From assembly GCF_001194135.2 (NCBI RefSeq), contig NC_068985.1:53733896-53767643 (forward strand): a stretch of DNA of 33,748 nt, read 5' to 3'. How positions within the stretch are numbered: position 1 is the first letter of the stretch; each line of letters begins with the position of its first letter. The notes below the pieces were generated by a model. That model was not told where the DNA came from and made no database searches. It worked only from the letters and a program-made list of their open reading frames with translations. Of this stretch, positions 1 through 9,302 are shown in pieces. Made by a program: the position numbers and the translations under genes. Origin of the DNA: Octopus bimaculoides. Taxonomy: Eukaryota.

Positions 1-540
1 AGGCAAAGTTGACCTCGGCGGAATTCAGAACGTAACGATGGGCGAAATACCGCTAAGCATTTCGTCCAAAGTGCTAACGATTCTGCCAACACGCCGCTTT
101 ACGATAATAATAGTAATATTATTTTTTATCGACCCGAAAGGATGAAAGGTAAAGTCGACCTCAGCGGAATTTGAACTCAGATTGTGGAGATGGGTGAAAT
201 GCCGTTAAGCATTTTGTCCGGTGTGCTAACGATTCTGCCAGTTCACCGCATTGCAGTAGTGATAATATTTTTATTGACCACGAAAGGATGAAAGGCAAAG
301 TCGACAACGGCGGAATTTGAACTCAGAACGTAATAAGGGTTTCAGATTTTGGCACGTGACCAGCAGTTTTTTTTAGGAGGGGTAATTCGATTACATCGAC
401 CTCAATTCTCAACTGATACATATTTCATCAATTCCGAAAGGTGAAGTCGGCCTCGGCGGCATTTGAACTCGTAACGTAAGGAGCCGGGGAGAAATGTTGT
501 GAAGCATTTTGGCTGTGCTAACGATTCTGCCAGCGCAGTA
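1..540 (-). mobile_element. Tandem cluster of 3-4 copies of the dominant tRNA-derived (ATT)n-tailed SINE (family A)
   Basis: Repeated reverse complement of ctggcagaatcgttagcac...gagttcaaattccgccgaggtcgactttgcctttcatcctttcggg (B-box-like GAGTTCAAATTCC), separated by short (TAA)n runs. Confidence 0.85.
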
Positions 541-837
541 ACACCAGCAATAATAACGATATTTGTGTGTTACATGATTATTGTTGTATGAAACGTGGAA
601 ATGTATAAGAGTCACTCTTAATTATGGTAATTCTGGAAAGAATATCTCTTGGCCTCTAATACTCACTGAATTTCATTTAGTATTACGGTGTATGTTAAAA
701 GGATTGATTTGTCGGATTTATTATAATTGCTGTATAAAATACATTCAAAAAGTTCACGGGTCCTAATCAAAAAGAAAGTTGGAATTAATGCACCTGCCGT
801 AAAGTTAACAATGTGGAAATCATTCGATTTCATTTTC

Positions 838-965
838 TCACGAGAAATGTGTGTGTACATGACTTTGTGCGTATATATGAATATACACACACATATGAAT
901 TGTGTATATATACGCATATATGCATTTACATATTTCAATATACATATGCATATATATACATATAA

Positions 966-997
<32 letters not shown>

Positions 998-1182
998 NNN
1001 NNNNNNNNNNNNNNNNNNNNNNNNNNNNNNNNNNNNNNNNNNNNNNNNNNNNNNNNNNNNNNNNNNNNNNNNNNNNNNNNNNNNNNNNNNNNNNNNNNNN
1101 NNNNNNNNNNNNNNNNNNNNNNNNNNNNNNNNCAGTATGTAGATATGTGTATGTATGCATATATAAATATATCTGTATAGAG

Positions 1183-1223
<41 letters not shown>

Positions 1224-1400
1224 CACATACGTATATATGTGTGTGTATGCGTCTATATAAATATTTACATATGCGCACGTATATGTATAGATATACATAT
1301 GCATGTGTATATGTATTTGTATATCTATATCTATATATATAAATATACGCGCGTGTATATTCTTGCATATATGTTTATATGTATATCTGTATCTTTATTC
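838..1400. repeat. (TA)n/(CA)n microsatellite-rich region with N-gap at 998-1132
   Basis: Read directly from the sequence; source of the YIYI/HTHT/VCVC pseudo-ORFs. Confidence 0.95.
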
Positions 1401-2112
1401 AGTTTTATTGACACATAAGTGTTCCAGTGTCGAGAGTTTCGTGCAGTGCGCTTCTCAAACTAAGTCATTAAATTTGAAATTCACTTTTTATAGTGATGAA
1501 TTACAATTTCATCCGGAAACATCGATTAAAAATTATTGGAATGCTACGTGATGTTCAATAAATTTCAAAATTTACGAGTTAAATTAAAGGGAGAGAAACT
1601 GAAAACGGAATAAAATTTAGTGCAACCAAACCGTATAAGCGCACACCTAAGAATATACGCGGTTGCGCAAGATAAAAAATACAAATAAGTACTTATACAT
1701 GTAAAATATGAAGAGACACATGACTATATTTTCAGGTTAGATCGCATACATAATCATGTATGTAGGTATACATATTGGATACATACAAATTCTTGCATAT
1801 AAACATATATACTTTCATATACACATCCTCATACATAAACATATATATGTATATATTCACACATATATATTCCTTTACAAACATATTCTCCGATATACGT
1901 CATTTACATACAATTATATATTCAGATACATATAAAGAAACTTTATGCTGTATGAAAAGGGGCAGATTTAGTGGGGTGGAATTTAAGGTATTCATTAACT
2001 GTCCAAAAATAAAATTTGATGAAATAAAAAGCGAAGTAGCAGCGTTCCAAGGAAACTGTTGCACATATATGCATTGGGAGTATGTAAATGTGGTAACGCA
2101 AACCCATTTATA

Positions 2113-2147
<35 letters not shown>

Positions 2148-2293
2148 ACATAAACACTCTCACTTCGACGAATATATATCCCTATAGAAATAGCTATAGA
2201 TACAAGTACATATCTCCATATGCATATCTATAAGTATGCATATACAAATGTAAGCACATTTACATGCTCTAATCGATCGATCAATCAATCAAT

Positions 2294-2450
2294 CCCTCTC
2301 CTTTCTCTCTCCCTCTCCTTTCTCTCTCCCTCTCCTTTCTCTCTCCCTCTCCTTTCTCTCTCCCTCTCCTTTCTCTCTCCCACTCCTTTCTCTCTCCCTC
2401 TCCTTTCTCTCTCTCTCCTTTCTCTCCTCTCCTTCCTCTCTCTCTCCTTT
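2294..2450. repeat. 17-bp polypyrimidine minisatellite (CCCTCTCCTTTCTCTCT)n, about 8 units, decaying at the 3' end
   Basis: Tandem units read directly from the sequence. Confidence 0.9.
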
Positions 2451-2643
2451 CTCTCTCTCCCCCCTCTCTCTATCTATCTATCTGCCTCCCTCCCTCCCTC
2501 GTTGGTTTATGTTAGATGATTGAGAGAAGATTGCTTCAAATAAGTTGCACAGAATATGCTTTTTCTAATTGAAATTGACTGTTTCATGTCACTGCGATCT
2601 TCAAGCGAGAATTGTTACTTGTTTTTGGAGTTGTATGTTTATC

Positions 2644-2689
<46 letters not shown>

Positions 2690-2754
2690 CGCATATATGT
2701 GTATCTGAGTATGTATGTATGTATGTATGTATGTGCGTGTGTGTGTACCTGTGG

Positions 2755-2935
2755 ACTTACCATTGGCGAATGGTTAAGGAATTCGTTTCGCACTCATGAA
2801 GTCTATCTTTCAAATCCACAGATTTGCATCTTAGGCAAGTATATCATTCACAATAGTCTGCTGTCGATCTAAGTCTTGCAAGTGAAATTAGGTAGATGGA
2901 AACTGTGGAAACCCGTTGAATGGATTGTACCACTA
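2755..2935 (+). mobile_element. Degraded tRNA-derived SINE (family B)
   Basis: Similar to the copy at 6655-6985 (catcttaggcaagt...gcaagtgaaattaggtagatggaaactg). Confidence 0.55.
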
Positions 2936-3019
2936 ATTTAGAGGCCCGTCTTTGTCACGCTAAATCGGTAGATTGAATACCTGAATACTCATCAACAACC
3001 GACGGAGATCCATTATTAT

Positions 3020-3134
3020 TTCCTTTTGGTCCTTTCGAGGGTCAATAAAATACGTAGCAGTTCAACACTGGGATCAATGTAATCGACTATCCCGCTCCCC
3101 ACAAATTCCAGGCCTTGTGCCTATAGTAGAAAGG

Positions 3135-3193
<59 letters not shown>

Positions 3194-3595
3194 GGCGGCG
3201 AGCTGGCAGCACCGTTAGCACGCCGGTAAAAACGTTTAGCGGCATTTCGTCTGTCTTTACGTTCTTAGTTCAAACTACACAGAGTTCGACTTTGCCTTTC
3301 GGGACGATAAAATAAGCACCATTTGAGCACTGGAGTCAACGAAATCGACTTGGTCATTCCCGCCAAAATTTCAGGCTTTGTGCCCTATAACAGAAGAGGT
3401 CGAGCTGGCAGAATCGTTAGCATGCCGGAAAAAATTAGCGGCATTTCGTCCGTCTCTATGTTCTGAGTTCAAATTCTGCCGAAGTCAGCTTTGCCTTTCA
3501 TTCTCTCTGGGTTGATAAAATAAGTACCAGTTGAACACTGGGCTCGATGTGATCGACTTAGCACCTCCCCCAAAATTGCTGGCTTGTTGCCTTCG
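3020..3595 (+). mobile_element. Three tandem family A SINE copies with an (ATT)n run at 3135-3192
   Basis: Partial 3' copy at 3020-3134 and near-full copies at 3194-3395 and 3397-3595. CpGs largely retained. Confidence 0.85.
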
Positions 3596-3631
3596 CCCTT
3601 GTGGCAAATAAATGAAATTATAATTATTATT

Positions 3632-3800
3632 CAGTAGTTTTATTTTCATAACGTGCTTTCACTTCACTACCGAACGCAGCTCTGTGTGCCTTGGGTATGT
3701 GCTGTGGTTTGCTGTGATGCTCTTATGGTTACTGTATTGAAAGTGTTTTGCGTAGGATGTGTGCAGTGCCCAGTAGTGCAATTTTCTGTATGTTATATAT
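3632..3800 (-). mobile_element. R4/Dong-like RLE non-LTR retrotransposon, 3' fragment 1
   Basis: Minus strand encodes IYNIQKIALLGTAHILRKTLSIQ*, followed by a 3'UTR ending in (TAA)n. This is the typical C-terminus of R4/Dong-type ORFs. Confidence 0.75.
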
Positions 3801-3824
3801 ATTATTATGATTATTATTATTATT

Positions 3825-3993
3825 CACTGCACACACGAATGTTTTACATTCGGAATCTATCTCCTTGATATCGAGGATCTTTCTTACAATCCTTGTTGAT
3901 ACCAACAGAGAAGATTTCTGAGTTAATGCAACTATTGTGGTAACACCAATCTCAATAAAGTAGCTAAGTCTGTTGGTGATGCTACCTAAGACA
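3825..3993 (-). mobile_element. R4/Dong-like 3' fragment 2 (different subfamily)
   Basis: Minus strand encodes VLGSITNRLSYFIEIGVTTIVALTQKSSLLVSTRIVRKILDI, matching the ALG...QK..LL.T.RI.RK.L C-terminal pattern. (TAA)n on both sides. Confidence 0.6.
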
Positions 3994-4346
3994 TATTATT
4001 ATTAATTATTACTTTTATTTTTAAAATTCGGAATCTGTATTCCTATTTGTGCGTATGGAGAATTTGCAAAAACAATCCATTGTAGTTTTAAGATGTTTGG
4101 ACAAATATACTTAAACATTCAAACCTTTTGTTTTAAATAACTTGCAGTATATTTCTCAGCTTCGAATCACTGAACAGTTGAGTAATGTTGTTAAATTTAT
4201 GAAAACGGTAAAGAAGTTTCTTATCAGTCATGAAAGTGAGGACTGACAGTTCTCGAAAAGATAATGAAAAGGCCAGTAGAATGGCACAATAAGAAATTTT
4301 TAGAGTAGTGTAAACAAAACAAGTCAAGGCGATATCGATAGTGAAT

Positions 4347-4348
<2 letters not shown>

Positions 4349-4385
<37 letters not shown>
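4349..4385. repeat. Poly(A) run of about 37 nt
   Basis: Read directly from the sequence. Confidence 0.95.
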
Positions 4386-4387
<2 letters not shown>

Positions 4388-4614
4388 TAAAAGGAACGAA
4401 AAGCAAATTTAGAGAAAAAAACGTGATCAAAGGAAAGGGAGGAAAGAGCAGTATATAAAACAGATGAAAACTTGTGACTGATAATGTGAGAAGGAAAGGT
4501 TTGTTGCATTCATCTGAGTCACGCTGTTTTACTGTACACACATGTGTGTTGCTTGTTTTCTGCTGTCATATTTTTATTTACATTCAGAATTTTGAGAAAA
4601 CGTGAGAGTACTGA

Positions 4615-5100
4615 CGAGGTTGGAAAGAAAGTCTAGTTCTTTTCAACATAGAAAAGAAACAAATGCATTTTTTTTAGTCTTAATTGATATATTTAATCAA
4701 AATAATATTTCCTCTCATTTTTGGTAAACATAACCCCATCTATTTAGAAAATTGTTGATCCCTCAAACGTTAAATTCTGTAGGTTTCGAAGAAAAACACA
4801 AATCCCGCTACCTCAATATCATTTTTAATCTCTTCACAATTAAAAAAAAACTGTTTTTTCTCTAAATAATATTGCAATCATCTTGTCAGATGAAGCAAGG
4901 TCAACAGAGTTAGGAAGATGACAAAAACAAAAAACAAAAAAAAACTTCCATATTAGTGCCATAATCTTTTCTCGAGTGACTTGGTTAATATGTGGCTTTG
5001 CATTATCGCGTAAGAGCAACACTCCTTTACGCTTGACCGATAATGGGAGTATTTCCTGAATTTTTTTGGTTTAACACTTCATAAGGTCTCATTCCTAAGG
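4615..5100 (-). mobile_element. Decayed mariner-type transposase, 3' part, with a putative terminal inverted repeat
   Basis: Minus strand RKGVLLLRDNAKPH...HLPNSVDLASSD resembles the mariner LLHDNARPH...HPPYSPDLAPSD motifs. TIR-like gaggttggaaagaaagt near 4617-4635. Frameshifts and stops present. Confidence 0.75.
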
Positions 5101-5152
5101 TTTTATTTGTTTATTTGCATCATTACCTCTCTCTCCCTCTCTGAATATATAT

Positions 5153-5620
5153 NNNNNNNNNNNNNNNNNNNNNNNNNNNNNNNNNNNNNNNNNNNNNNNN
5201 NNNNNNNNNNNNNNNNNNNNNNNNNNNNNNNNNNNNNNNNNNNNNNNNNNNNNNNNNNNNNNNNNNNNNNNNNNNNNNNNNNNNNNNNNNNNNNNNNNNN
5301 NNNNNNNNNNNNNNNNNNNNNNNNNNNNNNNNNNNNNNNNNNNNNNNNNNNNNNNNNNNNNNNNNNNNNNNNNNNNNNNNNNNNNNNNNNNNNNNNNNNN
5401 NNNNNNNNNNNNNNNNNNNNNNNNNNNNNNNNNNNNNNNNNNNNNNNNNNNNNNNNNNNNNNNNNNNNNNNNNNNNNNNNNNNNNNNNNNNNNNNNNNNN
5501 NNNNNNNNNNNNNNNNNNNNNNNNNNNNNNNNNNNNNNNNNNNNNNNNNNNNNNNNNNNNNNNNNNNNNNNNNNNNNNNNNNNNNNNNNNNNNNNNNNNN
5601 NNNNNNNNNNNNNNNNNNNN
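5153..5620. other. Assembly gap (N); others at 998-1132, 14537-14874 and 28573-28751
   Basis: Runs of N, nearly all bordered by (TA)n or (CA)n microsatellite. Confidence 1.
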
Positions 5621-5654
5621 ATATATATATATATATATATATATATAGCTCTTC

Positions 5655-6500
5655 ATACATCATCTGTAATAATTCCTTGAGTCGTTGGGTGTTTCGCGTC
5701 TTTCAAAATTACTCTCACCCAGTACTCGATCAACCCACTCAGAGTTGATGAAGTTCCATCTCGTATCCAGTTATCAATACCCCCTAGTAGCACTGCCCGT
5801 TCAGGGCCACTTTGAAACAACCTTTGCGGCTTCCACGGCCAGCTTGGTGGTCTTCCGTCTACTTCACCCTGTTACTCCCAACAAGTTGTAGATGCTTATA
5901 AAGTTAAGTAAAGTTAAAGTCACCTTTTTAAGTTATGCTAACTCATAAGGGCCGGTTTACCTGTTTCCGTGGTGTATAAACTCACTATCTGGACTGGACG
6001 CCGATCCGTCGTAGGATTACTCATTTTTGCCAGTTAAGTGTACTGGAGTAACGCCCGGTCCAGGAATCTAATCCACAATCTTACGATCATGAGTCGAACA
6101 CCCTAACCACTAAGCCACGCGCCTCTTCTGTTGTAAGTGTTGCAGAGGGCTGGCTTGCCAACTCTTTAAATTCCATCTCATTTGAATTACTCCTTGTTTG
6201 ACATCCATTCCTTCTACATAACTCCACTAGTTCAGCATACTTCATTCTTATCTTCTTTACCTCCTTAATACAGTCCTCCTAGGGAGTGGATAGCTCTAAC
6301 AGAACCACCTGCTTGAATACTTCTGAATTTTATATCATGTATGGACTTAGCAATGTTGGGACGACAGTTTCTGGGAACGTCAGCTGCTTTCTCAGATCTC
6401 TATTGTGTACTGTTGCTAATATTAAAATTACATTGACTGGATTGTCGTACACTTGAAAACCCTTGCTGATCTGTGGTCTGGTTCCGGGAGCCAGTAAATG
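5655..6500 (-). mobile_element. HERO-like RLE non-LTR retrotransposon 3' fragment, interrupted by a SINE
   Basis: Minus strand DLRKQLTFPETVVPTLLSPYMI*NSEVFKQVVLLELSTP*E...KYAELVELCRRNG resembles L.FP..I..T.LRPD...ELTVPWE...KY.ELV..C. It resumes after the SINE as LLGVTG*SRRKTTKLAVEAAKVVSKW, then the 3'UTR gaaagacgcgaaacacccaacgactc...acagatgatgt. Confidence 0.7.
5905..6125 (-). mobile_element. tRNA-derived SINE (family C) inserted in the HERO-like fragment
   Basis: A-box TGGCTTAGTGG (reverse of 6107-6117), B-box-like GGATTAGATTCC (reverse of 6063-6074), and an (AACTTT)-like tail near 5905-5935. Confidence 0.75.
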
Positions 6501-6619
6501 AGGTCCTTTATTATTACATTTTGTATTTGTTTTTATTTTTGCATATAATTGTTTCTCTACTCTCACGACTGTGTGTACAGGCTGTGAACACGTTCAAACA
6601 TTTCTCATGTCCTTTTACA

Positions 6620-6985
6620 ACGGGATCGTGAGTGCAACACCCTAACCACTCAGACCACGCGATGGTTCTGGGTTCAGTCCCACCGTGTGGCATCTTGAGC
6701 AAGTGTTTTCTACTATAGCCTCAGGCCGACCAAGCCGTGTGAGTGGATTTGGTAGACGGAAACTGAAAGAAACCCGTTGTGTATCTGTGTTTGTACCCCA
6801 CCATCGCTTGACAACCGATGTTGATGTGTTTACGTCCCCATAACTTAGCAGTTCGGCAAAGGAACCCGATAGAATAAGTACTTGGCTTACAAAGAATAAG
6901 TCATGGAGTCAATTTGTTCGACTAAAGGCGGTGCTCCAGCATAGCCGCAGTCAAATGACTGAAACGAGTAAAAGAATGAAAATAT
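6620..6985 (+). mobile_element. tRNA-derived SINE (family B), preceded by a short reverse tRNA-head fragment
   Basis: B-box-like GGGTTCAGTCCC, central catcttgagcaagtgttttctactatagcc, and 3' end aaaggcggtgctccagcatagccgcagtcaaatgactgaaacgagtaaaaga. Confidence 0.75.
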
Positions 6986-7062
6986 ATATATAATGCACTT
7001 ATGTTGTATGGTAGATATTAATAAACAGTACCCCCCCAGCCTTTAATGTGAGGTGCTATGCC

Positions 7063-7116
<54 letters not shown>

Positions 7117-7454
7117 TGTATATATATTAGTGTCGGCTATTATTATACAGACATAAAAAAATGTCGAAAATTTTCATCTTTTCTTGCTGCCTAATAAGTA
7201 AATTAATAGTTTATTTGTTACTTTTTGCACACCAGTGCAATTCTGACGAGGGGAATGATCGGAATGGCCTGGAAGAAAATTGAATTTTCAATCTATTATT
7301 TTATATTCGCTATTTATTATGTCAATGTCTTGTCTGTGAGACAATGGAGAGGTCGAAGGTGGAAGCAGTCGTTAGATTGTACCCAGGACATTAGTTGGCA
7401 TTAATCCAGACTTCAACACGGGCCTTCTCGACTTTCTCTGGATTTAGTAGTTCT

Positions 7455-7770
7455 TTTTTCCATTTATGTCTTTAATTACATTTACCTCTCAGCCGTTACT
7501 CTCTTACCTCTCCACTTCTTCCAGTTCTCTCTCTCTCTCTCTCTCACCGTTTCTTCAATTCTCTTTCCCCCGTTCCTTCAATTCTCTCTCTCTCTCTCTC
7601 TCTCTCAATCTTACTTCTCCCACCACCTTCAATTCTCTCTGTGTCTTACTTCCCCTCTTCCTTCAAGTCTGTCTGTTTCTTTCTCTTTCATTTTCTCACT
7701 TTCTTGAACTCTCTCTCTCTCTCGTTCGCCTTCACCTTCTCCTCTTCCTTCAATTCCCTGCCTTTGTTAC
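7455..7770. repeat. CT-rich low-complexity tract
   Basis: Read directly from the sequence; explains the SLSL pseudo-ORF 7466..7837. Confidence 0.85.
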
Positions 7771-8516
7771 CTCTTACACGCTGCATCTGATATATCGGAT
7801 AATATCAACTATAATGTTATGTGTTATATCTGAGTGACATTCTATGTCAATCTTGTACCTATCTCTGACTCACATCATGTCTAATATCTCCAACGTCATT
7901 GTTACACCATGTGTTATGCTTCCTGCTTTTTACTTACATCGTCTTTTATGTCACCGACTTCTAAGTGACATCATGTATTATAGGCCACCACGGTATGCTG
8001 CATAGTTCAGAAGCACTTCTCTGTGAGTGTGTGTATTAATGTGTGTGTGTGTGTGTGTCTTTGTCTAATCTATCCATCTCATGCAGGGTCAATATTTGAA
8101 ATCAGTACAAGTTAGCGAAATATACCAGTTACAAACATTGTTCCTTTTACACACATACGCACACTTACAGATCCTAGTCTGTGGGTATGCTGTAATACAA
8201 TGTGATCTTCCACAAGGCCTCCAACACTCATGGAAGGGAGGAGGGATATTTCAAATCTGTAGGCCTAACGTGAAAGCCTGCTGCATAATAGACCCCCACC
8301 AAAGGCACACAAAGTACCAAGTGGTGGTGCTGGTGGTGTTAAACCGGGCGACGTAATAAGTCTACAACTCAAGTAAGCCGTATCGGGATTTGAACACGGA
8401 ACAAAGATAAGGGGGCAAATGTTATAAGACATACCAATCTATCACCTTAGATGAGTACGTGTATTTTTATCGACCCTGAAATTCAGGGTAAAATCGCAAA
8501 TTCAGACTAAAATCGC

Positions 8517-8684
8517 AATCTGTGTATCCTACCTAATACAAATACATCGTGGAAAGTCGAATTGACCGCCATATTCGTCCGGAGACATCTCTTATAGCTA
8601 TTCATAAAAGATATTATCTCCGGACAAATACCGCAGTTAATATGGATTTCTGTGATGTATATGCATAAGTATGATACACAGATT
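8517..8684. repeat. 168-bp degenerate palindrome (long hairpin)
   Basis: 8517-8528 and 8673-8684 are perfect 12-bp inverted copies. 8542-8585 versus the reverse complement of 8617-8660 match at 32/44 without gaps. Confidence 0.85.
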
Positions 8685-9264
8685 ACTATTTGAAACTAAT
8701 GCTGCATTTGTTATACATAAAGAATTTCTATTCCGCCGGCAGTCTAATTGTAACATCACTAACTTTTCAATCACCGTTTTGTTGCATCTGAATTTCTAAA
8801 AGTCAGACGTAGACATTTATAAGTAAGTGGACAGATGTTTCGTCTATATCTGAACATATCTCAGCTATGGTAAATTACTGAATTTTGTTATCTAACAGCA
8901 GACGTCTTCCATATTGTAAACTGAAGAAGAAGAAACAAAAACCCACTTATAGAACCATATAATAGTAGAATGAACCGACGATTGTGTGCTTGTGTGGTAA
9001 TTTGATATGCTAGAAAGAGAAAACAAATATCCGTCATATTACACCATGCTCTTTTGAAAACAGGAAAAACACCTTGAACAATACACTAATCTTGAAGAAG
9101 TAAAAAAAGAGATGGGATGATCAAGTTAGGAAGGATTTTGTCATATTGTTCAGAATTGACTTAGAACTAAAGATTAACTACCTAGCACAAACATAGAAAA
9201 TATCCTTGGCTATCAACGAAAGTTATGATCAGTAAATAAAATGGGACGAACCAGTGATATTTTA

Positions 9265-9267
<3 letters not shown>

Positions 9268-9302
<35 letters not shown>

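Noticed and set aside
663-1418. Long supplied ORFs (YIYI, HTHT, VCVC, X-runs), also at 5103-5748, 14481-14927, 27143-27493, 28468-28824 and 29548-29959
   Set aside because: These are translations of (TA)n/(CA)n microsatellites and N-gaps, not genes.
1488-1535. Third hammerhead-like string (GTGATGA...GGAAAC-ATCGAT)
   Set aside because: Core C3 is altered, there is no GUH triplet and stems I and II are unconvincing; likely chance in AT-rich DNA.
6063-6125. tRNA-like A/B boxes (also about 22270-22322 and in family A heads)
   Set aside because: No complete cloverleaf; they continue into SINE bodies, so they are SINE heads rather than tRNA genes.
7780-7985. Loosely repeated (g/t)acatcatgt motifs
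   Set aside because: Too degenerate to define a unit or period by eye.
8081-8356. 91-aa ORF MQGQYLKSV...
   Set aside because: No recognisable motif, no convincing splice sites and no homology I can recognise.
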